Positions 42,374-57,122 are shown, numbered from the stretch's first letter. The stretch is 64,000 bases of DNA from Octopus vulgaris (GCA_951406725.2 OX597818.1:104842001-104906000); one strand, 5' to 3'. Notes: generated from the sequence alone by a model not told the origin. Translations and numbers: made by a program.

Positions 42374-43342
42374 TAATATTATTATTATTATTATTATTAT
42401 TATTATCATTATTATTATTATTATTATTATTAGTTGAACGATATTTCAGCAGTACGTCTTCTTTTTTTCTGTTTTTTTCTGTCTTTTTCTTTTCGCCTGT
42501 TATAAAATTGTAACTTAAAAACCTGATGATGTCATTCCATCAGCGTATAGACGCTGGTTGCTCTCGTTCATACTTTACGTTTAAATTGCTGTAATTTTGA
42601 ATTTTTATCACTTCTTATTTTTCTGGTACTTTCCCATTCTGAAGTTGTTTTCTTTTCGGTGGATGAGAGAGAGAGACAGCTCAGTCTTAAAAGTATCCCT
42701 ACTGATCCTGTTTACGTTTGGTGTAAAGCAGAAACAGTATTTCTTGTGGATTTCTTCTCACTGGGCTGCATCTTAGCTGAATTCTTTTTTTACTCATTCC
42801 AGATTTTTCTCCAAATTGAGCCCATACCTCCCTAACAATAATCCTCAGTGACACCCACCACCACCACCACCACACCTCTTCATATCATTGTAGATGGCTG
42901 ATTGATCTCAACCGAATTTTTACTTAATAAATAGTTTTCCGATCCTTTTCTTCTTATGCCGAAGTTTCCCAAACAGCTTTTAACTCCCATTTCAAGGAGA
43001 TTGATTTATACTCGAGTGTTTTCTTTTTGCTATCTGCAAACATTGTTTCTATTTTATATCTCTCCCCCCTACCCACCCACTCATCCTTTTTTGATCGGAA
43101 GAAGTATAGTTATTTGAATGCTTTCATATGATAAGTATAACCAAAATGATTAGCTAAACGTTTATTTTCCGTTTTCTAAATATTCTTGGTGGCATTTTTA
43201 TTGCTTTTCTTTTGTTTACCTTTTTAATATGTCCAAGATAATGCTTAACAGCTATGGATAGGACACATAAGCAGGTATTTATTTGTCAAAACGAAGAGAG
43301 ATTACTCTTCTGGAAATATTCCTTACCTATGTCATTGATCGC

Positions 43343-43595
43343 GGTGGCGTGTGGCTTAGTGGCTAGGGTGTCAGCATCATGATCGTAAGATTGTGGTTTC
43401 GATTCCTGGACCGGGCGACGCGTTGTGTTCTTGAGCAAAACACTTCATTTAACATTGCTCCAGTCCACTCTGCTGGCAAAAATGAGTAGCGCTGCAATGG
43501 ACTGGCGTCCCGTCCAGCTGGGGAACACATAAGCCATTGAAACCGGGAAACCGGGCCCATGAGTTTGGCTAGGCTTTAAAAGGGCGCATTTATTT
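43343..43595 (+). mobile_element. tRNA-derived SINE (family C)
   Basis: GGCGTGTGGCTTAGTGG..GTTTCGATTCC; homologous to 2296-2660. Confidence 0.85.
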
Positions 43596-45989
43596 TTCTA
43601 TTTATGTCGTTGATCATGATCAACATTAATTCAGTGATTCTCATAGTGACACTAGTTAAATGTAGTCCGTCTTGTAGCTGGAGTTTTAGAAACAAAATAA
43701 TGTTGTGGTCTGTCTTGTAGCGGGAATTTTAAAAACGGAATAATATCCTTTTGAAACATTTAATTCAAAATAAATTTCAGTTATTTTTATTCTTCGCACT
43801 CTTAGTTCTTAATATACATTTCATCATGGTTTCTGCTAAATTCATTAAAATCTATCTAGTTGTGAATGATCAGTCTAAATTTAGCAACAGTCGGAGTCAA
43901 GTTTGCTGTCACGCGTGCCCCATGTGTGTCCAACAATGTTCGTTGTACTATTCACAATCAGGAGGATAAAATTACAATCATCGAAGTGCTTGTCCTTGGA
44001 ATTGTTTTGCTGTGAAACAATTTTGGTGTGGGAGAATTTAATTCCAGTTTCGCTACATTCGTTCATGGAACCAACATCGGGATCTATTTTTATCTTTTTA
44101 CCGTTTCATATTAATTAGATAAGTGATTATTGAATCCATAATTTCAGGTAAAATTATATTTTTTGATTTCGGATTCTTCTGTATAACTTCGGCCAATCAG
44201 ATCTGTTTATCTTTCCCAGTGTTACTTTACTTCTGTTTTTTTTTCTGGTGTTGTTACTGAAGCCGTATTAAACCATATTAGTTGTGAACTCCTGCATGCT
44301 AAATTCCAGTTTGAAACAAATAATATTATGATCTTCAATAATTCTTTTTTAATGGATGTGATCAGAAGGCTAATTAGTTATTTAACGAGGCTGATAATTA
44401 TAGTATCAATGCACTAGTATTCATTCAGAAATTTAATGAACTGTCTCCAATCACTAGGTCACGCCGATTGAATGAATTATGCATGTTACCTACTTATACA
44501 AAATAGGTATGGCTTAAGAATCACATACGGCGAAGTGCACATCGCAAAGTCAATACATATGTATATGAAATCATATGTATGGGGGAGTGTTTAAATAGTA
44601 TGTATATAAGTATGCATGTGTATATGTGTATATATGTGTGTGTGATTGTGGTACTGTTTTTATATGCCTTGCTTGTCTCTTTTCTGCCATAAAGTACATA
44701 ACGTAACATATGTAACTAATAGATCTTTAAGACCATGGTTACTCTGTTCTAATGAGAATCGGCAAGATTGAAATAAAATCTATATGCAAGTATTACGGAT
44801 TCTGTAGTTGAAACGAAAGGAAAAGAAAAGAAATTTGAATTTAACAAGTGCAATAAGATTATAACATATTCCGGGCCTTCTGGTTCAAATACGTGAAAAG
44901 CAAAAATCAAAACGGACTCTTGGCAAGATAGCTCTCTCCCTTCCAATAGAAATGAACAACCAATAGTCTGAAAGCTTATACGTATATATGTATGTGTGGC
45001 CGTGTGTATGTGTGTGTGCGCGTGTGAGAGTGTGTGTATTTGTGTGAGTGTGCGTGCATACATACTTAGACAGATGGATATTTTCATGTACAGTATGTAT
45101 GTCTTAACACAGATATGTATCTATATTATATATATATGTGTGTGTGTGTCTTTATAAATGTATGTACATATGTGCGTATATGGTATGTATACGTTAATAT
45201 ACATGTGTGTGTGTTTATGTATGTTTATATGTAAGCAAGAAAGTATGTACGTATGCATGTATGTACGTATGTATGTATGTATGTATGTATGTATGTATGT
45301 ATGTATGTATGTATGTATGTATGTATGTATGTATGTATGTGAGCATGTATGTGTGTATGTGAGTATGTATGTATGTACGAATGTATGTGTGTATGTATGT
45401 GCGTGTGTGTGTGTGTGTGTAAGTTAACTACCTGATTAGGAGAATGTTTATTCGTGTATCAGGCGATAGCTTCAAGCATAAATGTCAAACATCATGGTCG
45501 TTTATAAATCTGGAACTGTTCTGCTTTCCGTCTAACATGAATGTATGACCTTTCACAGATTGAAGGGCACCATGATAATCCAGATAGATGAATGAAAGCA
45601 ATATACGTGCAGTACGGTTCAAATGTCAACAGATGCAGCAGAAATAGCTAACATCAGGTGATCACTCAATGTTGAAGCATCTGATTAGATGGGAATCTTC
45701 TATAACAAAATGATGTAATAGCTGTACGGTAGCGTGTTACGTCTGTGACTGTGTATGTGACGTAGTAAGCGCATGTGACTTCATCACATGACTTAAAGTA
45801 TGTATGTTTAAGAGAATATGTTTTTACTGTTTCTAAAAACTAAAACATGAGAAGTTTTTTCCTCTTATTTTTTTCCTGTTAATTTATACTCTTTAGCCAC
45901 GTACACAACATATTGTATATAAATAGATGCATGGGCGTACGTGCAGTAGTATAACAAAAAGAAACCATATCAGTATTATATTTTAAATA

Positions 45990-46597
45990 AGGCGACGAGC
46001 TGGCAGAATAGTTAGCACGCCGGTCGAAATGCTTAGCGGTATTTCGTCTGCCGCTACGTTCTGAGTTCAAATTCCGCCGAGGTCGACTTTGATTTCATCC
46101 TTTCGAGGTCGATAATTAAGTACCAGTTACGCACTGGGGTCGATGTAATCGACTTAATCCGTTGTCTGTCCTTGTTTGTCCTCTCTGTGTTTAGCCACTT
46201 GTGGGTAGTAAAGAAATAGGTATTTCGTTTGCCGTTACGTTCTGAACTCAAATTCCACCGAGGTCGACTTTGCCTTTCATCCTTTCGGGGTCGATAAATT
46301 AAGTACCAGTTACGCACTGGGGTCGATGTAATCGACGTAATCCCTTTCTCTGTCCTTGTTTGTCCTCTCTGTGTTTAGCCCCTTGTGGGTAATAAAGAAA
46401 TAAGAATCGTTAGCACGCCAAGCAGGATGTTAGCGGCATTTCGACCGTCTAAATTCAAATACCGCCGGGGTCAACTTTGCTTTCATTCTTCCGGGGTCGT
46501 TAAAATAAGTAACAGATGTGCACTGGGGATGATCAAATTGACTTAGTACCTTCTCCGAAATTTTTGGGCTTGTGCCAAAATTTGAAACCAATATTAT
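45990..46597 (+). mobile_element. SINE-A head-to-tail array: TAGT-tail, then TAAT-tail, then C-tail unit
   Basis: Junctions ..GTAGTAAAGAAATAGGTATTTCG (~46218) and ..GTAATAAAGAAATAAGAATCGTTAGC (~46402). Confidence 0.9.
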
Positions 46598-46644
46598 ATT
46601 TTACATAGTGCAAGCAACAATATTCGGTATAGAACTGAATGTGG

Positions 46645-46692
<48 letters not shown>

Positions 46693-47939
46693 CGCGCGTG
46701 TATGTGAATAAATGTATATGCATCTCTTTGTGTTTGTCCTTACATCGCTCGACAGCAGGCACTGGTTTATTTTGGCCTCGTAATCTTGCGGTCCCGCGAA
46801 GTAACCAATAAAATAAGCAACCCAACTTTAAAAACATAAGTACTGGAATCGAATTGTCAAACTAAACTCTACAAGACGGTGCCCCAGCATAGCCGCCCGC
46901 AGTTCAATAACTGGAACTTGCAAACGAGTAAAAAGTAAATAAATGTACTTCGGTTTGCTTTTTCGTTGAATTAGAGCCAAAACAACCACAAATCGAAAGG
47001 AAGTTATGCCTCCTTAAAAAATACATTTTAAAATCACAATTGCACCGAGTGGCATGAACTTTTACATGTCATTTCTATACGCTAAGCCTTCCTTCTAAGA
47101 TAGATTTTTCCTTTTTTTTGTTCCTATTTATCATTTTCTGAAGTATGGTAATGCCAATATAAAGTAGGCTCTTATTCACCAGCATCCTGTCAGTTCCTCA
47201 AGAATTAGGAATAAATATTCATTGAATAAGTACGTGGCATCAGCTATTAATCCTGTCAATAATTTCTATGTCAGCAATAAACCACCTATAATAGCGCTGC
47301 GGATAATCAATTCAGTTCTCCGTATTTTATAGCTTTCTTTATTAGGGTACTTCATTCTGTTGTCATCTATCATGGTACGGCTGACAAGCATTGAAAAGGA
47401 TATCTTATCAAGTACAGATCTGTTCTTGTGCAGCATTGAACTACATCTGGGCCTGGTGTCTTTACAGATTCGTTTTCTTTCGTCCTTGTTTCGTCACTGA
47501 TTTGTCTTATCTTCTCTCTTTTGTTTGTTTCAGATGTTAGATTGCCTCCATGCTGGGGCAACACCTTGGAGTATTATAGTCGATGGTGACATATTAATTC
47601 TTTTAAGCCTGGTACTTACTCTATCGGTCTCTTTCACCAAACCTCTAAGTTACAGAGATATAAACACACCGACACGCCGACACTGATGGTCAAGCGGGGT
47701 GGGGCACAAACACAGACGCAGACACATACACACACACATACATACATATATATATATATATAATAGTTGTATATAAATTATAGAAGAACCACCATGTGGC
47801 AATTCAACAATGATATACTTAAATCATACCATACAAAAAAATCAGATACGATTTAACATTTACCTAAAACTAAATAAAGTACGAAAATAAATAAATAGTA
47901 TATAATTAGTAAATATATATATATGTATGTATGTATATA

Positions 47940-48300
47940 TATAAAGTTAATCCAAACAAGAAAACAAAAAGACAACAACGCGAGGATGTGGAACAAATAA
48001 AGTATTATTGGGCGCTCAGGAAAGAAGGGAAGAAGGAGGGTATGACGTTTCGAGCGGAGCTCTTCGTCGGAAACAAGGAGAAAGAAAGATCCCGAGGTGG
48101 GAGGACAGAGGGGGGAAAATGCAAGTGGTCTTCACGAGGTCACATACTGAAAAGGCGGAAGTGGTAAAAAAGAAGGAACAAGTTTTCAAAAACAGGAGAG
48201 CGGAATCAAAGAAGGAATGGTAAACAAAGGTGTGCGAGATGACAAGGGTGTGTGTGTGAGTGTGTGCGTGTGTGTGTATGTGTGTATATGGTGGGCAAAG
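47940..48300 (-). mobile_element. PLE pseudo-LTR fragment with mutated minimal hammerhead (48040-48074)
   Basis: Minus GUUU CCGACGA A GAGC-UCC-GCUC GAAACGUC AUAC (core U changed to C); homologous to 40450-40615. Confidence 0.65.
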
Positions 48301-48784
48301 GCTAGTTTCAAGCAGCAGTTAGCGAGTCAGGAAGGCAGGTCAAAAACAGGGAGGAATGTGTGTGTGCGTGTATATGTCTCGTGTGTGTGTTTTGTTGTAG
48401 TATGTGTGTGTGTACCTGTGCGTATTTTTGTGTGTATGGCGAGTAACTGTGCTTAACTAAGTGTATGTGTGGGTGTGTGTGTGTGCTTGTATGTGCGTAT
48501 ATGTATAATTGTGTGCATGTATGTATGTGTGCGTGCGTATGTGTGAGCATGTTTTGGTGTGCGTATGTATGTGTGTGTCTGTGCTTATATGTGCTTAAAA
48601 ACTTTCAAGGCAATTTTTCGTTTAGGCGTGCCATTCAAAACTTCGCGCGGCAGGCTGATTGCCCTTGTCTTTTCTAAAAACTTCAAAGTTTTGTTTTAAT
48701 TTGTTGTAACAAAGCTGTGTTTTTTTAGCTTTCTTTTCCAAATGTTCTTCTATACACTTCAAGTGTTAATATAATTGACGTTCA

Positions 48785-49390
48785 AGGCGGCCAGTTGGCA
48801 GAAACTTTAGCACGCCGGGCGAAATGCTTAGCGGTATTTCGTCTGCCGTTATGTTCTGAGTTCAAATTCCGCCGAGGTTGACTTAGCCTTTCATCCTTTC
48901 GGGGTCGATAAATTAAGTACCAGTTGCGCACTGGGGTCGATGTAATCGACTTAATCCGTTTGTCTGAAATTGTTTGTCCTCTCTGTGTTTAGCCCCTTGT
49001 GAGTAGTAAAGAAATAGGTATTTCGTTCTGAGTTCAAATTCCGCCGAGGTCGACTTTGCCTTTCATCCTTTCGGGGTCGATAAATTGAGTACCAGTTACG
49101 CACTGGGGTCGATATAATATGACTTAATCCGTTTGTCTGTCCTTGTTTGTCCCCTCTGCGTGTAGCCCCTTGTGGACAGTAAAGAAACAAGAAACGTTAG
49201 CACGCCGGGCGAAATGCTTAACGGTATTTTGTATGTCTTTACGTTCTGAGTTCGAATTCCGCCGAGGTCAACTTTGCCTTTCATCCTTTCGGGCTCGATA
49301 AATTAAGTACCAGTTGCGTACTGAGGTCGATCTAATCGACTGCCCCCTCCCCAAAAATTTCAGGTCTTGTGCCTAGAGTAGAAAAGAATA
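48785..49390 (+). mobile_element. SINE-A array: TAGT-tail, then CAGT-tail, then C-tail unit
   Basis: Junctions ..GTAGTAAAGAAATAGGTATTTCG (~49016) and ..CAGTAAAGAAACAAGAAACGTTAGC (~49190). Confidence 0.9.
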
Positions 49391-49469
49391 TAATTGACTT
49401 TCAATGTTTCTACGCATTCTAAACAATTAATCCCTTTGTTGCTTATATCGTCTGATGCGCTGAAAGTAT

Positions 49470-49893
49470 TCTTTTACTTGTTAGAGTCATTTGACTGCGG
49501 CCATGCTGGAGCACCACCTTGAAGGATTTCAGTCGAACAGATCGACCACAGGACTTAATTTTTAAAACCTAGTACTTAATCTATTGGTATCTTTGGTAGA
49601 AGAGTTACGGGGACGTAACTCTTCGTAAGTTACGGGGACGTAAACACACCAACACCGATTGAAAAGTGGTGATGGATAACAAACACAAAAGCACATACAC
49701 AGACACTGGTATATACATACATATATATATATATACATATACGACGGGCTTCTTTCAGTTTCCGTCTACTAAATCCACTCACAAGACTTTGATCGGCTCG
49801 AGGCTAGTAGAATCTTGCCCAAGGTGCCACGCAATGAGACTAAACTTGAAACCATATGGTTGGGAAGCAAGCTCCTTACCACACAGCCACGCC
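49470..49893 (-). mobile_element. SINE-B
   Basis: Homologous to 13781-14213 and 18563-18996. Confidence 0.85.
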
Positions 49894-50181
49894 TGGATTC
49901 TTTACAGAGATTTCTAGTCGAGTTAGTTTTAGATGTCCGAATGAGTAACAGCAGATTTTAGTATCTCCTCAACTCAGCTGTTCGGCCTTCATTGTCTGAG
50001 ATGCTTTTCATTTTTTCATTTTCTTTTTTACTCTCTCTCTCTTTCTCTCTGTCTCCCTGCCTCTCACTCTCTCTCTCTCTCTCTCGCTCTCTCACTCTCT
50101 CTCTCTTTCTCTCTCTCTCTCTCCTTTTTCTCTTGACATATATCCATCTTGGCGAGTATTCCAAACTGATTTCCTTGCCAG

Positions 50182-50235
50182 GCGACTTTGCAGTCAGAGA
50201 AATCTTTGACAAGAAAAATGAATTTCTTCACAATT
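50182..50235 (+). other. Candidate 54-nt spliced exon (product unknown)
   Basis: Branch-like CTGAT plus TTCCTTGCCAG acceptor; GTGAGT donor; two frames open (GDFAVREIFDKKNEFLHN or ATLQSEKSLTRKMNFFTI). Confidence 0.3.
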
Positions 50236-50649
50236 GTGAGTGTTTATGTTTATGCTTGAAATTTGGTTGAGTAGAGTGGATGAGGTCCCTTCAAAATTTG
50301 ATAGTGTTGACGATACTTTTTTTCTGAATTACGGTGTTTTTGTCTATTGCTGTCTTCTTCTAATCAGGACTCACGCCATTAGCCACAAAGAATAATCTCT
50401 AGCTTGAGCCTACTCTAAGCTACTAAGAATGCGTGTGGAAACTTGGAGATCCACCCACCACACGCGATAGACTGGCGGTTGCATGGGCGTGAAAGCTACG
50501 TTGTTATCCTCATTCCGTAAACGGTGGCTTTTAACGGGTGAAGAGCTGAACTATCCTGGGGTACAGAGGAGTCGCAATCTAGACTAGGATCTGAAAGTTT
50601 ACCACACCATAGTGGGTTACACCATGGTTCCTCTGCTTTGTGGCAGAAG

Positions 50650-50838
50650 TAGGAAGAAAGAGTGAGAGAAAGTTGTGGTGAAAGAGTACAGCGGGGTTCA
50701 CCACCACCACAACCTACCGGAACATCGTGGAGCTTAGGTATTTTTGCTCAATAAACATTCACAATACCCGGTCTGGGAATCGAAACCGCGTTCTTACGAC
50801 CGCGAGTCCGCTGCCCTAACACTGGGTTATTGTGCCTC
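50650..50838 (-). mobile_element. Diverged tRNA-derived SINE
   Basis: Minus GGAGGCACAATAACCCAGTGTTAGGGCAGCGGACTCGCGGTCGTAAG..GGTTTCGATTCCC. Confidence 0.65.
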
Positions 50839-51710
50839 CACTGTTGCTGATGTTGTTGTTGCAACGTGTATTTCTGTTGCTCCTTTGATGATACTGTTGC
50901 TGCTTTTGGTACTGTTGCAATTGTAGATACTGCAACTGCTTTTGTTGTAGATGTTACTGTTCTGGTGATAAAAGAAGTCATCTTACTCCTTTGTTTTTCA
51001 GTGGGTTGAAATCTCTAAGATCGCTTGAATTACCACATATATGGATTCTCGGCTTTCTGCTCCCGACTGTTATCAATTGCTTTGGTTTTATCCCCTTGAA
51101 TTTGTAAATAAATTCAAGATTCCTATTGGAAATGTAGATAAATGAAACTAAATTTATGGTGAGATGCGTATTTGCATTCCTTCTTCGTGCAAGTGGTGAA
51201 GATAATGGCGATCACGTTTGTTTCAATGTCTCTTTGTCATTCTTGTCACCTATGTTTTTATTGTTGTTGTTGTTGTGGCGGCGTTAGGTGTGGTGATAGT
51301 GGTGCTTTTACATTTCTTTTCATTGGAGTTGTTTTGGGTTGTTTTCGTTGTTGTTTTGTTGTTGATATATTTGCCATTGTTCCTCGTGCATTCTCTTTCA
51401 ACTGTAGTGTAAGTAGCAGACAGTTATGTGAAATGATTTTTACTGGCTCTTGGAACAGCTATCGATTTGAGAAGCCATATTGCTTCTATTCTTTTCTTCT
51501 TTTTTTTTTTCATTTTTGAAAGATGTAACTTAGCTACATAAACTCACAAAATTTGCCCCGAAGGGGTGAAAATTTCCCAAAACTGTCTAGCCTCAAAGGA
51601 TGCTACTTGGCTTCATAACAAAATGGTACAACAAAAACCAAAATTACTTTGTTCAGAACAAAATTTGATAACAATTTTTCGAGCACCGAATCAAATTCTT
51701 TTATTTACAA

Positions 51711-52025
<315 letters not shown>

Positions 52026-52049
52026 TGTTATAACAATAATTTAGATAAA

Positions 52050-52830
52050 TGCCAGTAGTTTTTAGGAAGAAGTCGATTATATTGACCCCAGTGTTCAGAT
52101 GTTACGGGTTTTATCGATCTCGAAAGGATGAGAGACTAAGTTGATCTCAGCAAGATTGATCAGAATAAAAAATATCGGAAGAAATGCTGCAAGGCATTTT
52201 TTCCAGCGCTCTAACGATTCAACCAGTACGCTACCTTTAAAAATAATTTTAGCACAAGGCTAGAAGTTTTATTGGGAAAGGGTTATTCGATTTCAGTTAC
52301 TCAATAGGTACGTATTTCATCGACACCGAGTGGATCAACGGTAAAGTTGACCTCAGATCATAAAGAGGTTTTCCTATGTATTTTTTCCGCTGCTCTAACA
52401 ATTCTATTTCCACGCCGCTTTTAATAGTTCTCTCAAAATTTCGCACAACTTTGGGTGGTACACCGGTATTGACTTGTACTTTTATTTCATCAAGACCTGA
52501 TGGTCGAGTGACAAAGTTAACCTCAGCGTGATTTGAAACCAGGAACAAATGTGCAAGGCTTTTGTTCTAGCGCGCTAACAATTCAATCAGCTCACGGCCC
52601 TGCCCTCCTAATGTATTCTGATTTTAGGAACAAAATCGCCAATTGTGATAAAGAGCCTTAGTTCTATACCGTCGACCTCAGTACTTCACTGGTATTTTAT
52701 TTTATCGATCCCGAAAGGATAAAAAGTAAAGTTGGCTACTGTGTGATTTGAACCTGGAAGAAATTCCACGAATCAGTTATACCGACGCTCTAATGGGTCT
52801 TCAAGTTCACGGTCCACTTAAAAAGTGAAC
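52050..52830 (-). mobile_element. Cluster of old, decayed SINE-A copies
   Basis: Repeated degenerate TTTATCGA.CCCGAAAGGATGA..AAGTTGACCTC..ATTTGAA cores. Confidence 0.6.
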
Positions 52831-52924
52831 AGACATAAAATGCATATAAATAAAAAAGATTGTTGAGTGGATAATTTGAAAGCATGTGAAATAATATGAA
52901 AATAACTTCGAACCACCATTCGAA

Positions 52925-53610
52925 GAAAAAGATGTGTTGATCAAGGCTGGAACGCCTTGGGTATGCTTACTCAGTGCTTCCTTATTTGTTTAAGTCCTTC
53001 TCTTTTATATTCTTCTTCCCCAATGAAGCATAAGCCATCTACAACGTTTCTTCACAGTTCTCGATTCCGGGAGCTCTCTCAGGTCTTGTTGGTTTTGAGG
53101 TGTCAGTGATGCTCCTGTAAAAGTGCCCTAGTGTCTTGAAAACAAGGAAGACTCAACGAATACAATATCTTAGAAAGAGATGTGCTGATCAAGGCTGGAA
53201 CGCCTTTGATAATTGGCATGCTTATTCAGTGCATCCTTATTTGTTTAAGTCCTTCTCTCCCAACGGAGCAGAAGCCGTCGACAACTTTTCTTCCCTATCT
53301 CCGTCTCCGGAAGCTCTCTCCAGTCTTGTTGGTTTTGGGGTGTCAGTGACGCTTCTGTAACCTGTGCCCTAGAGTCTTAAAAGCAAGAAATATTTAATGA
53401 ATACAATGCGTCAGAAAAATACGTGTTGGCCAAAGCTGGAACGTCTTTGATAATAGGTATGCTCGTTAAGTGCTTACTTACTTGAGCTCTTCGTTCCCTA
53501 TGGAGCAGACGCCATCGACAACTTTTCTCCAATGTTCTCGATTCCGGACCGAAGGACATCCTCTACTGGGTTTTGTTGGGTTTGAATTACCATCGATGCT
53601 TCTGTAACTT
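52925..53610. repeat. Three diverged ~245-bp tandem units, each containing an RTE 3' end on the minus strand
   Basis: GTGTTGATCAAGGCTGGAACGCCTT recurs at ~52934, ~53182 and ~53423; minus RNREL*RNVVDGLCFIG resembles the RTE C-terminus. Confidence 0.75.
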
Positions 53611-54723
53611 TATTTTTTATAAATAGGGGTGTTATCCCAACGCAAAACCATTTTACCTCTGGGGGAGTTTTATCCATAATAGTCTGACATCTGCTGCTTG
53701 ACCTGTCCAGTATGGGAGACCCAATCAAAAGCTCGCGCTCTGCTGGAATAGCACGAATTCAGTTAGACACACAAGCCACCAGATCACAAGCACTGGGTCT
53801 TTTGGTGGCTTCCAACCGCCATTTTGGAGTCACTTGGAGTCAGTTTCAATCTATATCCCAGTAAGCTGAAAATGGTTTCAAATTAGGAGAAGCGAAGGTA
53901 AATCAAGGGAGATAATTAGAAACCACGACACCAATGGCTCTCACTAGCCGCTGACCAGTACCCTACAGCCTCGAATATAAGCACCTCATGCGAAAGTAAT
54001 AGTATAAAACGAAAATAATGTAGGACATCTCAAAATCTCATTGGTCAACAATTTTGATGACAGATTTCAACAGAGACTCTTTTGTTTGTTTGTTTGTTTT
54101 CTTTGTTCTGTCACTCAAATGATAATGAAGAAAAAATTTAATGCTAAGTTTTCAAAGAACGGTTAATTAGTGGATGTTTAAATATGCGTGCATGTGTATA
54201 TTTTTTGTCAGTTTGTGTGTGTGCGTCTATGTGTGTATGTGTGTATGTCTTTGAGTATGAAGGGAAATTTAGCGTAAAATACATTAAAAATTATTGATAG
54301 CTGTGATCAGTGAGCTGTTGGATGCTTCTTATGTTCTCCAGACAGTGACAAATAAACCAGTTCCTCCATATTCAAAAACCCCTACATACGCAACCACAGG
54401 AACATACGTATGTGCGGGAGCACATACACACGCACGCTCACAGACAAACACAAACATATTGAGATAATTTACACATATTCATACAAACGCCTACGAATAA
54501 TGGCAGGTATATGTGTGTATGTATATACATATATATGTCTACACAAACGTCTCTCTCTCTATATATATATATTCAAATACACACACACATACGCGCATAT
54601 ACATACTCTCACACATATATATATATATCTATGAATACATATCTACCGCACTTCCACACAAATACACATATGTTCGTATATGTATGTGTATGTTTGTATA
54701 TATATATATATATAGATAGATAG

Positions 54724-54772
<49 letters not shown>

Positions 54773-54807
54773 TATGCATGCATATATATATATATATACA
54801 CACATAC

Positions 54808-54867
<60 letters not shown>

Positions 54868-56729
54868 TACACATTATGGATACGAGTGTGTGCATATGTG
54901 TGTGTGTGTGTGTGTTTAACCATAGACAACTACTAACCCAAAACTACATTTTCAAGTTTTGAACACATGCACACGCATGCCCATTAACATACACATACAC
55001 AAGCTCATATACATATTGACGCACAGACATACAAACGCAGAGTAATATGTATGCGTATGTGTGAACGATAGTGGAATTGAGAAAGTAAATTCTGTGTAGA
55101 TGCGTGCATGTGCATATGTGTGTATGTGTGTGTGTTTCTGTGCGTCGTTGTGTACGTCTGTGTGTGCGCTATTGTGTGCATCTGTGTGTGCGCTATTGTG
55201 TGTACGTATGTATGCGTGCATAGTGAATGTATCAATGTACGAATGAAAATTTTGTATCTTTGAATAAGCAATGAGAAATAAATTTACATATTAATTAACA
55301 CATAAACGACGTCATTTAGTCCAAAATATATTTCCTTACAATGTGATTCTCTTGGTCTTCTTGAAAGCCATTACATTGTACATAACTGCTGACACTAAAT
55401 CTATGCGGAATGATATCACAGTCGAAGATATCATACATATATTGATATCACAGCAGAGGATCTCATATATAGAGACTGAAATATTTTGCGTTTTCTCCTA
55501 AGGTATTTAGTCTGTCTTTACGTTCCGGGTTCAAGTTCCGCCGAGGTCGACTTCAGTTTTTATCGTTTCGGAGTCGATAAAATAAATACCAGTTGAGCAC
55601 TGGGGTCGATGTAATCGAGAACTGCTAATTCGAAACTACAGATCCAATCCATCACTGGAACTGTAAAAATCTGTAAAACTTTCCAAAAGTTAATCATTTA
55701 AATATATATGAGCATATCTAGATATGTAAGTATTTGCATGAGAATACATACATAAAGCAAAACATACAAATCTGCACATATACATACATACATATATACA
55801 CACTACGTACATACATACGTACATACATACACACGTACATACGTACGTACGTACATACATACATACATACATACATACATACATACATACATACATACAT
55901 ACATACATACATACATACATGCATACATACCCTGTTGTTGAGGCTGAAATTCCCATGAAGGAAACTTGGATCTAGGTTAGAAACCGGCTCTTTCTCTATT
56001 GGCAAGAACTCTTGAAATAAAACTTAACAATGGCATACATACAGACAAACAAGCAGACAGAAAATTCCCATCAAAACTTCTACTGAGTGCAAACATAACA
56101 GACCGGATATAAGTTTTGACGACAGACAAGAGAAAGTATGAACTGTCACAAAGATCGGGTGCCCAGGTGAAGGGAATATCTCCTCGAAAATCAAACAGAA
56201 AGAGGATAAAAACGGATACTTATTTGCGAATCCTTCAGCTTCTATACCCAAATTATAAATCCACATTTATACTGAGAATAATTGGTGCACGTGTCTACGT
56301 TTGTAAACGCCTAATGGACAATCTGGAAGAGCTGTGGTTTTCAGAAAAAAGAATTAACCAGCTGTCATGCACATTATAAATACTCTTTGTAACTGGAAAG
56401 TAAAAATATCTAAGGTTTTTGTCAAGTTGAAAATATGACGTTATTTTTGTTATCTGTATTCCAACAATGGAGTTTTGTATCTTAGTTCCTTTCTTACAGA
56501 ATGAATTCAAAATATTATGGAGGATACATAAACGAGTGTTTGTGATTGCTGTGCTTGTGAGTGTGTGTTTGTGTGTATATGTGTGTGTGCGCCGTTCGTG
56601 CGCATGTGTGTGTTTGCTTGTGCATATTTGTGTGCGCTACAAAGATGAAGCACGTAAGTGCATAAGAAAGAAATTGACATTGTTTTTCTCTTATTGATAT
56701 CAAATTGTGTCTAGGTTGGACAGATAGAT

Positions 56730-56863
<134 letters not shown>

Positions 56864-56888
56864 GTAGGTAGGTAGGTAGGTAGGTAGG

Positions 56889-56995
<107 letters not shown>

Positions 56996-57024
56996 GTTGG
57001 TAGGTAGGTAGGTAGGTAGGTAGG

Positions 57025-57122
<98 letters not shown>

